This document shows, piece by piece, positions 1-11,500 of a stretch of DNA of 64,000 bases. The first letter of the stretch is position 1; each line of letters begins with the position of its first letter. This DNA is from Glycera tridactyla (taxonomy: Eukaryota). The stretch covers positions 100,564,001-100,628,000 of the forward strand of contig OZ286467.1 of the NCBI GenBank assembly GCA_965644265.1. Direction: 5' to 3'. Both the position numbers and the translations under genes were made by a program. The notes under the pieces are model-generated. The model had not been told where the DNA came from. It did no database searches and saw nothing but the letters and a program-made list of their open reading frames with translations.

Positions 1-2913
1 GACCATCGAACATGTTTCTCTCCTCCGTGCCAATTGTGCATCAGCACCTGCAGTGAAACCTATCCTCCGGCCAAGTGGCAACTGTATGAAATATCCTGAT
101 AGAACCCTGTGAAATCTGAGATGATAGCCTCTCATTAACAACCACTTTTTGCGATGAAACATTTTCTGATCACAATTCCCCTTGTGTGTGACCTCCATGA
201 ATGACTAACATCACCGATCCCCCCTCTTAATAATTAAGAAGCCGGCTATCAATGAACATTTGGGGTGACGCATGTGATGATAACCTTAAACCTCTTATCT
301 TGATTACTCGATTACTGTGATTCTTTTCATTGACTGAGTCTTTCTGTACTCAGCTGCTTTGTAATGATCAAATATGGTATGGTTACATCAGGGGAGCTAC
401 AAGAATCTCACTTCAATTATCATCATAATTGAAAACAAAGCGGATTATTGTTACAAATAAATCATCCTGAGCATGTCTTATGTTCATCTTGATTTGGGCC
501 AAAATATAACTGACATGAGTGGTGATCTTGTTATGCAGATAGTAACGGATTTTACGTAGAGACGATATAGATCATATGCAGTTCACTGTCACTATGTATG
601 TGATTTATGTTCATGGATAAAAAAAATTGAAGATGAACCAAGAACCCAGATACTGAATATGAATTATTGTTAGCTGATGAATTGTTAAATGCTGTTGCTC
701 CATTTTGGCATTGAGAGAATCATATTCCTTTGTTCATTGTCACCAATGTGCTATGGTCGCAAGCTGTGGACAGGTAGGTGTTTGCAGCTTCAAACTTTGC
801 TGCATTTTCGATATTCTTTTATCTATTTATGGCCAGGTATAACATAACAATGTTGCCAACTATTTGAAATATATTTTGACTTGTCCAATATTTGTAATGT
901 CCAGATCTAAGTTCGCATGATTTAAAAATGTCAACAGAATGAGTAGGTCTAGGTTTTCAAAAAGCATTCAGTTTTGACCTTGTGTAAATCCCGTTTAATC
1001 AAGCTTACCTTAGATAGTGGGTGGGGTTCGATGGCTCTTCAAGTGGTGGGTGTGTGAGATGGAAAAGGGTGGCCCCCTTCAGACCTATTAGTTGCCAAGA
1101 AGCCACGATTTCATTGAAAATTGAAAATTTATCGGACGCCCAGTAGAAATCTCTTTACCACCTCTGCTCTATTATATATTGAAAGTGCTGTTCATTGATG
1201 TTCAGATTATTTTGAAACGCAAAAATTCCCAAATTGAGCCAGAAAGGGTGCTCTCTTGTATTTTTGTTGGTAACAAGATATGTTGTATCTGGCCATCCCA
1301 TTCCACACCTCAGCACAAGGGCTAGGACACGAGTGAGGACTGGGGGCTAGGTGGGCATCTGAATCTCCCCAATTGGTGGCTAGTACCTTATTTCGATGGC
1401 AGTCACAATCAAGCTAAGACCGACGAGTGACCATTTGTCGTGACTCTCTCATTTGAATAATGGGAGTGGTTACTGCGAATTGTCGTTGGTTGGTAAGCCA
1501 CTCCCGGCCGGCGCCCAGTCCTCACTGTCATTGCTATTTTGACAACTCTGACAGAGGTCTCAGCGTCACCTGTCAACACATGGAACGCGTTGTTCCATGG
1601 TCGTTGTATCAGGTGCTGCTATTTGATAACACAAGAAACCACTGGTATGATAAATCTGGCCTAATCGGCATCTTTTTCGTAGTAGAATGGGGGGACGCAC
1701 TGCTCAGTTGGAGCAACTATGGATTTATCAAAACCAAGCCTGGATTGTATTTTGTGAATCATCATTTTCTTAAACACATATACTGAATTAGAACCTCATG
1801 AGAGCTGTAATAGCTCCCATTCGTGGAACACTACTTGAATAAGCTTCCAATTTTTGCGCAACGCTCTAGTCGTGTCATGGAATCGGAACACAGAGCATCA
1901 GATTCTCATTTCAAGGGGCATTTCACGGACTGTATTTAGATGGCCACGTTGCCCTGCTAATTCAGAGAGTGCCGCATGTATTCCTCATCGAATGATCCCT
2001 ATTTGCAAGGCATTTTATGACAGGATGCCCCATCACAAATTGTGAGGCAATGGTGCCAATTTTCCGTAATTGTGAAATTCTGGTGATAGCATCTGTAATT
2101 GACAAATTGCTGCAGTTAAGGAACAAACGTTCCAGAATATATTTAGGTGTTTCATAGAAGATTTGATCATATTTTGGAGACTTGTTTCATATCAAACTAT
2201 CACTGTTCAGGGAAAATGCCTGAAATCCTGAGGATTTGGATGCACTTCGAGATAAGGAAGAGGAGTTGGCCTTCTATTAACACCCATATATTCACTGAAA
2301 TGACCACTTGTTATTGGGATGGGGAGAAATGAATATGGATGGCAGTCACATTTCTGCCCGGATGGTCCGTTAAGACAGCCCATGATCTGCATCACTGTAT
2401 AGTGGACTGTTTGAATGGCGGACTCCACAATCCACAAGATCAACCTCAAGTATCTGTGATGACATATCTTGTGAAAACAGAGTGCAGCGAGGCATCTTAT
2501 GGCAGTAGATGCTCGGATGAAATATACAGCTCGAAATGATTGATACTATCAGTATCCAAAATGATGATGATATAAAACTGATGACACAGCAGCATGAGCA
2601 TGCATGTTTGACAACAGACTCACTTGGTATTTAGAGAAATCATGATCACTGTATCATTCTTTTGGGAAGGGAACAACAATAATTTTGACTCTCCCTCTGT
2701 GCTACATGGTTATGCAATCTTGAACTGGCTACCCTTATCGCAACACACACATCACCCACCAAATGAAACTACAAATCAGCCCCCACACTACCACCCTATG
2801 CAAATCCCTGGCGACAGCAACTCCACGAAATTTTGAGTTGTAAAGACAATTTAATGAGAAGACAATTGTAATGAACGGCAGTAGCTGATCAAAATATTTG
2901 TTTTTTCTTCTAG

Positions 2914-3282
2914 GCCTCCCCATATAAATGTCAGAAGTGTGATCGAAGCTTTACACGACACTTTGGACTAACTCAACATGATCGAGAAGTACACCAGGGG
3001 CTGCGTAACCATATATGCCGCTATTGTGGGCGTTCATTTAGCCGTTTCTATGTGAAAAAGTGCCATGAGATTCGCCACCTAAAGCGTGTTATGCGTAATA
3101 GCGGGCCTGCTGCGGTGATGAACATGCCCAATGTAGGGGGTCCGCCTGCAGCCGACGGCAGCGCTCTGGCGTTTCAGCCCCCGCAGCAACCCGTCTCGTT
3201 GCATGCACAGGCCTTACCTGCACCGACGCCTCCTGTCACTGCACCTCTATCTATCGATAACGATTTATTCAACACAAACTAA
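2914..3282 (+). CDS. ZF terminal exon 1 (two canonical C2H2, P/Q-rich tail)
   Basis: ttcttctag|GCC; ASPYKCQKCDRSFTRHFGLTQHDREVHQGLRNHICRYCGRSFSRFYVKKCHEIRH. Confidence 0.85.
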   Translation, partial: ASPYKCQKCDRSFTRHFGLTQHDREVHQGLRNHICRYCGRSFSRFYVKKCHEIRHLKRVMRNSGPAAVMNMPNVGGPPAADGSALAFQPPQQPVSLHAQALPAPTPPVTAPLSIDNDLFNTN

Positions 3283-3818
3283 AGTGCTTCTTGATTGTAA
3301 ATAGAAATTGTGAATAGAAATGATGTGAAGAGTCACACCCGGTATAAAGGCAATGTCTACGTAATGAACACCCAACTGCAACGTGTCAGATACTGGAGTA
3401 ATGTCAGAAAAGTTGAAATATTGTACAGTAGAACGAACCTGTATCAATCAACCACTCTCACAGAATGAGCAGTTGCTTGGGACAGGTCGTTACTTGATTC
3501 AGTTATTTTAGTGGAAAATACTCAGACGGGATATCGAAGTGGTTACTGAATACAGTGGTTGCTTGATACAGTTTCTACTGCATCGCGATACCCAGGGTTG
3601 AGAAAATCAAGTAAGCTAATTCTGTCCAAAAAAAAGGATCATATGGTCATTTTTTGTTACGGATTTTAAGCATGCAGGATTTAGAGTAGAGCGTTTTCTG
3701 TAATTAATTTTCAAATTAAATCAGGAGATTGCTCCCACCTGCAATTACAGAATCTTTGTCTATTAACAGATCCATTTGTCCGAGAATAACTACAACTGGC
3801 CACTGATGTATGTTGTAG

Positions 3819-4163
3819 GGGGACATAAATTGTTGCCTCTGTGGTCGCTCTTTCCGCTCCCAGTCGGGACTGGGTCAACATATGCGTCAGGTGCACATGC
3901 CGGCACGGCCACATGCCTGCCAGCGTTGCGGTCGCCGGTTCGAACGTCACTTCAACATGCGGCGCCATGCCAAGAACTGCCACCCTCACTCACTCCCACC
4001 TCCTCTCGATAATATCTATGTGCACAGTCCATCGACACAGGCGCCGGATGTCGGGCAGCGGCCCTGTCCGGCAAGTCCTCTGCTAGTTGATACTATCCAT
4101 GTTCACAGTCAATCGACACGGTCGCCGGATGACGGCCAGAAACCCTGTCCAACAAGTCCTTAG
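3819..4163 (+). CDS. ZF terminal exon 2
   Basis: tgttgtag|GGG; GDINCCLCGRSFRSQSGLGQHMRQVHMPARPHACQRCGRRFERHFNMRRHAKNCH; tail has a 27-aa duplication. Confidence 0.87.
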   Translation, partial: GDINCCLCGRSFRSQSGLGQHMRQVHMPARPHACQRCGRRFERHFNMRRHAKNCHPHSLPPPLDNIYVHSPSTQAPDVGQRPCPASPLLVDTIHVHSQSTRSPDDGQKPCPTSP

Positions 4164-4672
4164 CTTCCAGTCATGATCAGGTCCCGAGACTCAAGTGGGA
4201 AACACCTCACAGATTTGCTTAACCCTTTCATAGAATGAACAGTCATTTATTGGCCCTGGTGCTACTCTATGAGGAATTTCATCCTTGTTGATTCAATGAC
4301 ATGATGAAAAGTTATTGTACGTACGTAAAATGAAGCCTTCAGTGATTGATTGGTACTTTTCAGCTCACAACAGGAGGAGTTTCATTAGGAGACATATCTT
4401 ATATCACCTCTCTGGAGTTGTGACCATGATGGTATTTTCTACAGCAAACAACCTCTGTATGAAGACCACTTATCAACAAAGACCACTTTCGATCAGACTC
4501 ATGGTGGTCTCTGTAGATGGGGTCATTTACCTACTTGGTCAGTATTGTTGGTACTGATTGGTTTTGCTCTCATGCGACGATAGAACTTTGGTTGGTATGC
4601 ACAATTGCCCGGTGAACTTTGTGGTGTGCAGCAGACAGTTTGAGTGACTTGGAACCGGTTTGTCTGTTCCAG

Positions 4673-4894
4673 GACAGTTTGATCTGTGTTGTTTGCGGAC
4701 AGCAGTTCCGACGCAAATCTGGGCTGCTTCAGCATGTACGTCAGGTGCACTATGGCACGAGAGGTCATACGTGCAATTCGTGTGGCAAAGGATTTGTGCG
4801 CTTCGCTGATTTGAAACGCCACATGACATTCACACAGTGCCATAAAAGAGCGGGAGAGAGTCTTGAGAAACCAGACATTTCACCATTCAAGTAG
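4673..4894 (+). CDS. ZF terminal exon 3
   Basis: tgttccag|GAC; DSLICVVCGQQFRRKSGLLQHVRQVHYGTRGHTCNSCGKGFVRFADLKRHMTFTQCH. Confidence 0.87.
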   Translation, partial: DSLICVVCGQQFRRKSGLLQHVRQVHYGTRGHTCNSCGKGFVRFADLKRHMTFTQCHKRAGESLEKPDISPFK

Positions 4895-4898
4895 TGAT

Positions 4899-4972
4899 TA
4901 CAGTCGAACCTGCTCTAAAGACCACCTCTCTATAAAGACCTGGAAGGCGGTCTTTATAGAGAGGATCGACTA
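4899..4972. mobile_element. MITE family A, short copy (Tc1/mariner-like)
   Basis: TA+CAGTCGAACC...GAGGATCGAC+TA; same termini as the longer copies. Confidence 0.65.
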
Positions 4973-5448
4973 CTCTCATTATTGGTTGAAATTCAGGCAT
5001 TTTTTGCATAGCTCAACTCCTAAAATTGTGATATTTTGAGTCTTGTGAAAAATTTCTGTTTCTTTTTTTCGAGCTGAAATATATCCATCAAGGCTCAATA
5101 TAGCCAGGTGCTGCATATTTTGGATATGCTACAGAAAAATTTGAGTTTGGTACCAGCTCACTCCTGGAGACAATGGATAAAGTGAATCATTAAATACCGA
5201 CTATCAAGAATTTGGAGTATTTATTAGTCTTTTTGAGCTGAAATGTCGGCATCTCGCTTGTCACCTCACTCCCAACAGATTCATGACCCCTTTATGTGAT
5301 CATTGCAAATAGTGGGGGCACCATCACTATTCCTGAAACGGGCATTATTACTAATTTTGGTCATGAAAGGTCGGCACCCCTGACCGTCAAACATGTGGGG
5401 GGAGTTATCTAGTGAAGTTCTGATATTAGCCTATCTTCTATGTTGTAG

Positions 5449-5655
5449 GGAATGAAGACAATATGTCCAGTTTGTCATAAAAAAATGTCCACGCGCTCAG
5501 GTCTCGGCCAGCACATGCGTCATGTCCATTTTGGTGTTAGGCCTCACCCATGTCGTTTCTGCTCTCGGCGGTACTTCCGTCAGTGTGACAGGGATGTCCA
5601 TGAGAAGACGAACCACCAATCTGCCGCCTTGAATGACCACAGTCAAAACTTTTAA
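5449..5655 (+). CDS. ZF terminal exon 4
   Basis: tgttgtag|GGA; GMKTICPVCHKKMSTRSGLGQHMRHVHFGVRPHPCRFCSRRYFRQCDRDVHEKTNH. Confidence 0.87.
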   Translation, partial: GMKTICPVCHKKMSTRSGLGQHMRHVHFGVRPHPCRFCSRRYFRQCDRDVHEKTNHQSAALNDHSQNF

Positions 5656-5841
5656 TTAGAATTGGTTTTAGGGTTGGTTATATCTCCATCGAGGTTTACC
5701 ATACCCGTGATGGCCGAGGTGGATTCCAACATCTTGTGTTCAGGGTTTATGTAAGTGATGCCTGCAGGGGACTGAAGATCTCATTTTCATTGACCAGAAA
5801 CACATGGTATACATGATCTGGGTTAATGCATACTATTGAAC

Positions 5842-5876
<35 letters not shown>

Positions 5877-5907
5877 TGAAGGTGTTTGAAATGTGTCACC
5901 ATGATAG

Positions 5908-6088
5908 TACAGTAAAACCTGTCTTAAGTGAAAAGTCACGGGACCAAATTTTTCTTTCACTTAAGACAGGATTTTGCTTAGCGCAGGACAATTATAGAGA
6001 GAAAAAAACATCCGGGCAGACAGTGGGGTATGTGCTTAAGACAGGATTTTGCCTAGCGCAGGTTTACTCTCGAGCAGGTTTCACTGTA
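5908..6088. mobile_element. MITE family A2 (TA target)
   Basis: TACAGTAAAACCTG...CAGGTTTCACTGTA; close match at 32632-32812, internally deleted copy at 33367-33425. Confidence 0.8.
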
Positions 6089-6127
6089 AATAGAATAAAT
6101 TAACAAGCAGATATCACTGTGTTTCAG

Positions 6128-6328
6128 ATAAGGCAGACTGTGGGAACCCCCGTGGTTTGTCATTATTGTCAACGCGCTTACCAGCATGAGAAAAATCTCC
6201 AGACCCATATCAGGGTTGTGCATCTCACGGCCGATAAGTCGCACAAGTGTCTCCGATGTGGTGCGGCATTTCGCTGGAGGCAGTCCTATAAAAGACATAT
6301 GAAAACTTGTATACCATACCCTCCATGA
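6128..6328 (+). CDS. ZF terminal exon 5 (finger 2 ends H-x3-C)
   Basis: tgtttcag|ATA; VCHYCQRAYQHEKNLQTHIRVVHLTADKSHKCLRCGAAFRWRQSYKRHMKTC. Confidence 0.85.
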   Translation: MRQTVGTPVVCHYCQRAYQHEKNLQTHIRVVHLTADKSHKCLRCGAAFRWRQSYKRHMKTCIPYPP

Positions 6329-6747
6329 AAGAATGCATATGATGGTCTGATGGTGTGATGCTATTTCGTAGTGAAGTTTACGGTTTTAATTTGAGATTTC
6401 GTTATTCTCGGCATGCGAGCGTCAGGTCACAGAATACATGCTAATCTTTTTCGACTCAATATATTGTTGCTTCCATCCCATAGTTTGGAACGGAGTATAT
6501 GTCCGCATGTGAATATCAGTCATTCTCAATCTTTATAGTTCGTAATAAATGGGCCTTTCAATGAACAATCCCTGCTTTCTGGGTTTGCAGCACCCTCAAA
6601 TAGTTAGTTCACTTTGGTCTCTAACTCTGAAACTACTAACCTGCATGCATGGCTTTGAAAAAATTTAAAACTGGAAACTTACTGACTGAATTGAAAATCA
6701 GATAAAACTTGACTCAAACATAATGCACACAACCTTGTGTGTTGCAG

Positions 6748-7209
6748 GAAGTGTGTCCAATTTGTCATCGTGCGTTTCAGCATCTCAAACGCCACATTCG
6801 CGACGTCCACCTTAAGGAGCGGCCTTTTGCGTGTCGCCAATGTGGCGCGACCTTCAGTCAGAAGGGTACCAGGGATCGACATGAAATCCGTATTCACACT
6901 GGGCGGAGAGAATTTGTGTGCGAGTTTTGTCAGAGGCGTTTCAAGGTTAAATGGGATTTGACTGTACACTTGAGGGGTGTCTGTTCCGGCCAGCCGAGGG
7001 CGTTCTCTCAAGATTCAGTTGATATGGGCACCCAAGATTATTCTGGCGGTGTATCGCACCCTTCTGATAATGGTGATGGGGAATTTGAAACGTCACACGA
7101 TCAGATTGACATGGGTGATGGAAACATCCCACAACTTTCGACGAGAGATGAAACAGGCGACTTCTCATATCCTTCGGTCAGTGAAGAGGGGGCTGAGGGA
7201 GAGACTTGA
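6748..7209 (+). CDS. ZF terminal exon 6 (three fingers, acidic tail)
   Basis: tgttgcag|GAA; EVCPICHRAFQHLKRHIRDVHLKERPFACRQCGATFSQKGTRDRHEIRIHTGRREFVCEFCQRRFKVKWDLTVHLRGVC. Confidence 0.9.
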   Translation, partial: EVCPICHRAFQHLKRHIRDVHLKERPFACRQCGATFSQKGTRDRHEIRIHTGRREFVCEFCQRRFKVKWDLTVHLRGVCSGQPRAFSQDSVDMGTQDYSGGVSHPSDNGDGEFETSHDQIDMGDGNIPQLSTRDETGDFSYPSVSEEGAEGET

Positions 7210-7386
7210 ATCGTCGACTCGAGAGGTGATGCAATAACCACCTTTACCATCGCCGAACACATTTAGACTTCATTTCTCATTTCAAATTGGGTGACATGTT
7301 TGAGATCTTCCTGGTATCGCTTGTTTTATTTGAGCTTTATCCGATTGGTAGCAGTATCGAGTGACCAGTTTCTTTTGTGTTTGCAG

Positions 7387-7608
7387 GAATTTCCATTAAC
7401 TCTACTACAAAAGGGGCAGCGTGGACTGGCGGGGGAATGTCCTGTATGTCACAAATACGTGTCTTATGTAAAGAGACACCATCGCGAAGTGCATCTCCAG
7501 GAAAGAAAATTCCTTTGCACTGTCTGTGGAAAACGCTTCGGACAGAAAATAACTCTGCAGCGTCACGCATTACAGCACCAGCCTATCTGTATAGAACCCT
7601 CGAAATGA
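7387..7608 (+). CDS. ZF terminal exon 7
   Basis: gtttgcag|GAA; ECPVCHKYVSYVKRHHREVHLQERKFLCTVCGKRFGQKITLQRHALQH. Confidence 0.87.
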   Translation, partial: EFPLTLLQKGQRGLAGECPVCHKYVSYVKRHHREVHLQERKFLCTVCGKRFGQKITLQRHALQHQPICIEPSK

Positions 7609-7724
7609 ATCTTTCCGTTTCGCTTTAGATTGATGTTTTTGGGGTGGTATCTGACTCAGTCGGGAGAATAGGGAGAATAAGCAGAAGTGACAGCTAAAGT
7701 GTGATTTTGCATCTTGTTTTGCAG

Positions 7725-7919
7725 CACTTTTTGAACTTGACTAGACCTGCTGGACCGAACTGTCATATCTGCAAAAAAAATGTGACAGATCCCTATCGCC
7801 ACTTTCGAGAGGTTCACCTGAAGGAGAGGAAGTTTGCGTGCTGCATTTGTGGGAAACGCTTCGGGCAGAAGATTACTATGCAAAGGCACCAGGCTAAAAT
7901 GCACCGAGAATGTCAGTGA
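7725..7919 (+). CDS. ZF terminal exon 8
   Basis: ttttgcag|CAC; NCHICKKNVTDPYRHFREVHLKERKFACCICGKRFGQKITMQRHQAKMH. Confidence 0.85.
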   Translation, partial: HFLNLTRPAGPNCHICKKNVTDPYRHFREVHLKERKFACCICGKRFGQKITMQRHQAKMHRECQ

Positions 7920-7940
7920 TGGTTTGGCTCGGTGGGTGAA

Positions 7941-8000
7941 TCCGGTTAGATATGGGTGGATCCGGTTAGATATGGGTGGATCCGGTTAGATATGGGTGTA
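7941..8000. repeat. 20-bp minisatellite x3
   Basis: TCCGGTTAGATATGGGTGGA x3, just after the exon 8 stop. Confidence 0.9.
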
Positions 8001-8590
8001 GATGGAGATTTTGAGATGTAGCATAACCACATTCCGGCTATGGCCTTGTTTAGTTAGTTTCAGAATGATGCTGGTATCAATGGAGATGCCAGTTTCCTGG
8101 TCGGACTTGCAGATTTTCTCGATTGAAGAATCCAAATTCGACTGAGAGTTCAATCAGCTTGGATTTGATATTATCAATGTCATTGGTTTTATCACCCTGT
8201 CAATTGATCATTAGGGGCATCAGCTTGCGCAGTTCAAGTGATTCCAATCATGACTGAGATAATTTGGGAGTTCTCAAAACTTGCATTGTTTTCAGAAATT
8301 TCGATCAATTACACAAATCCTGTTGAAGTACTGACCACGGCGGAAGCTGCTATGGGAGACCCCCTAATGAGATCGCTTGTCTGAAGAGACCATCTGTGCT
8401 CTCTTTGTCTATTTGACATGGTCAAATATGGAGTGGTCTCAGAGGAGGTTTCACTATACATCGGCACAAATCACGAGGTTGTAATTGCTGACCTTAACTC
8501 GATCCGAACGTGTTCCCGAGAAGATCTGTTGCCTCGGAGCCTCATCAAGCTTGAGAAAAATCCTGAATTCGGTTTTCTTTGTGCTTGCAG

Positions 8591-8806
8591 GCACCATGCA
8601 CTAACGAAAAGCGGTGGAGTCACTGTCCTATATGTCAAAAGTGTATAAAACGTGCATCAGACGTGAAACGGCATATCCGGGATGTACATTTGAAGGAAAA
8701 ACCCCATGTTTGCCAATATTGTAAGCGGGGATTTGGACAGAAATCGTCCCTCAAAACCCATGTATACAGTATACATGGAGTGTTTGATCCACATGACAAC
8801 CCATAG
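8591..8806 (+). CDS. ZF terminal exon 9
   Basis: gcttgcag|GCA; HCPICQKCIKRASDVKRHIRDVHLKEKPHVCQYCKRGFGQKSSLKTHVYSIH. Confidence 0.87.
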   Translation, partial: APCTNEKRWSHCPICQKCIKRASDVKRHIRDVHLKEKPHVCQYCKRGFGQKSSLKTHVYSIHGVFDPHDNP

Positions 8807-9179
8807 TGGATTCGTTCAGTGTGAGGCTCAGGCAACTGCAGATCAAATATATGACGTACTGTGTGTGAAATCCGGGGGAATTTCAACATCCAATCATCGG
8901 TTCGGCTCAGCTCACCCAGTAGATGATTGCGTGAAATCAATTTCAGTCAAGTGTTTAACATTCTGCCATCACTGCTGTTTGCCTATTTTGCACCACAGAA
9001 CTTAATTCAGTCATTGGAATTTACTGTAATTTTAACAAACATTGACCACTTCATGATACCATCATCTTGCAGATTTGGAACATATCATAGTCTGCTATAA
9101 ACCAGAAGTTTCGTATCTGCAGCAGTTTCCCAGAATGGAAATCAGTCCTAATTGTAAATTTGGCATCTGTTTGTTTCAG

Positions 9180-9359
9180 GGGTTGATTCCCCAACGTGCG
9201 TGTCCTGTCTGCCACAAATATGTGACCCATTTAAATCGGCATTTGCGTGAGGTTCATCTGAAGGAACGTAAATACCAGTGTACTGCTTGCACGAAAAGTT
9301 TTGGGCAAAGAATAACTCTTCAGCGACACCTTGCAAAACTACATGGACTGCAGAATTGA
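9180..9359 (+). CDS. ZF terminal exon 10
   Basis: tgtttcag|GGG; ACPVCHKYVTHLNRHLREVHLKERKYQCTACTKSFGQRITLQRHLAKLH. Confidence 0.88.
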   Translation, partial: GLIPQRACPVCHKYVTHLNRHLREVHLKERKYQCTACTKSFGQRITLQRHLAKLHGLQN

Positions 9360-9968
9360 TAAATATCCCCGATATGAGGATTGGAGGGGATCGATCTTTG
9401 GCTCCATTATGCATTTGGTGTGTTAGGGGGAAAATTCATGTATGATTTGGGTCTATTGCATGAAAATCACGACTGAAGAGGAGTTGGTATTCGCTGATTT
9501 TATCAGGATTTATCAGTTCCAGTTTGTTTCCACTGTAGTGATATCCCTAATTGAGTTTATTATAAGTAAGCGTGGGATGTTGAATTCTCGAGTTGTATCT
9601 GAGATGTACGCAGGGTATGGAGTTTTCATGCGACTCGAACTCGTGTGAGATAATAAAAATAGACATGTTTCTTTTACATAATCATATGCCTTTGTTGTTC
9701 ATCTTTTCATCATCCGAAAAATCGCTAGGATAATCATCCAGCGAGCTCCTGGGGCTCGATTTTGTTCAATCTGTTGTGATGTGCAATCGCTGTAGAAATG
9801 CTAGGGTGGTCAAGTTCAACCAGGAGTATATTCGAGTATGCCAAGATATCCAGTGTCATGTCAGGCATCAGAGTGATGGCCTGCAATATCCACCTGTGTG
9901 AATATATGTGGGAAATATCAGAGAAAGTTAGTACTGGTTCAAGCAATAGTGACGTTTCTGTGTTTTAG

Positions 9969-10169
9969 GGTGCCAGCACAGTCAAATGCCCCATGTGTCC
10001 AGCTGTTTGTGGTCGTGGGGTACTGAGACGTCACATACGCAATGTCCACCTCAAAGTGCGGAAGTTTCACTGTTCTGCTTGTGGCAAGAGCTTTGGACAA
10101 CGTTACAATCTGAACCGCCATATTATCAACCGGCATCCAGAGCAAGGGCCGAACCTGACTTTTCACTAG
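9969..10169 (+). CDS. ZF terminal exon 11 (not in ORF track)
   Basis: tgttttag|GGT; GASTVKCPMCPAVCGRGVLRRHIRNVHLKVRKFHCSACGKSFGQRYNLNRHIINRH. Confidence 0.87.
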   Translation, partial: GASTVKCPMCPAVCGRGVLRRHIRNVHLKVRKFHCSACGKSFGQRYNLNRHIINRHPEQGPNLTFH

Positions 10170-10644
10170 TGTCGTGGATAGGGAACCTTGTGATCGCACT
10201 TGGATACAATTGAATCTGGAGCTCGTGTATTTGCAATGCATGAGATGTTTCCTAAAGCGGGGATTTGATTATTCTGCATGTCTGCAGATTTCCTTGTTTT
10301 CTATCACAAATGCACCAATTCATGCAAGTGACAGAAAAGTGGAGATTGAGCAGAAGTTTCAATAAGTTATTGTAGTCGTTGGTCAACAGTTTTCGAGGTT
10401 CGTTGAGCCACAAAATCTCGCTGAAGAGTGAATCACATCCATGTAAAAATCATGTAGAAGTTGGTGGTGGATCATATGGCAAGCTTGGATTGGTGGTCTG
10501 AATGGCTGGTCTCGAGTATACCAGGAATCCAGTTTTCGTATGCCCTGTTTCCAGTCATGTGCGTTGTGTCTCGGTGTCGTAATCTTTTCGTTAGTGACTT
10601 GATGATGCCGTATCTGACGGAGCGTTTCTCTTCATATGTTGTAG

Positions 10645-10866
10645 AACCAGTCAGTGCCTTGCCCGATATGTGGTGGGGCGTCCCTTCGTCGTCATCTCAA
10701 ACGGCACATTCAATTAGTCCACCTCAAGGAGAAACGTTATCAGTGCCCCATATGTCAGAAACGCTTCGGGCAAAGAAGTGATATGAGAGCTCACCTGGTC
10801 TCCAAACATTCCTCTCACAAATTAGAAGTGTCTAAACCGGACACCCAAGACCCGAGGTTGAAGTGA
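10645..10866 (+). CDS. ZF terminal exon 12
   Basis: tgttgtag|AAC; PCPICGGASLRRHLKRHIQLVHLKEKRYQCPICQKRFGQRSDMRAHLVSKH. Confidence 0.88.
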   Translation, partial: NQSVPCPICGGASLRRHLKRHIQLVHLKEKRYQCPICQKRFGQRSDMRAHLVSKHSSHKLEVSKPDTQDPRLK

Positions 10867-11500
10867 GCCGAGCATTAAAAGTGTGGGAACTTGGGTGTGA
10901 GTCAGCTGGTCTGACTCCTTCCTCCACATTTCTCGCAGGTCTCATTCCTCTTGACAGTTGTCAATATTCCGCTCATGATCGCGAGCAGTGCTTAAAATAA
11001 TCCCACTAGTACGAGAGCCAGTCGGGACACCAGATTTTGGGTTTTGGTTGACGATATGAATGGAGTGGTAGAACAGAAATTTTGGAAAGTGAAGCAAACA
11101 CATATTGAACCCCTCACCATGATATTCTCCATGAGAGGTTAGGTATCATTGAAGGCATTGTGAAGCTCATTGAGTGATGATCAACTGCCAACCTTGTAGA
11201 CCAATATCAGGAGGAATATTCTAGGCGAGTAAATTGGCCAATCTCTGTTCATGCAGGACCCAATAAGACATCAGATTCCAGTGTATATTGGGCTTTTGAT
11301 CATCTCCCTGAAATGCATCGGAAGAGATAGTAATTCTATTATTGCTGGTTGCCGTACAACGTCAGCAATCATAGATCACTGGTGGGTTTCCAGGGACTGG
11401 GGCCACACTTTCCAAAGCCCTTGAAAGGGATGATTGTGGTTCTACAGACAATTTGGTGGTTCTATAGAGCTGTGACGCTATACTTTCTTGTATGTTGCAG

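Noticed and set aside
1460-1786. 108-aa ORF as a standalone gene
   Set aside because: No recognisable domain and it overlaps an inverted-repeat element.
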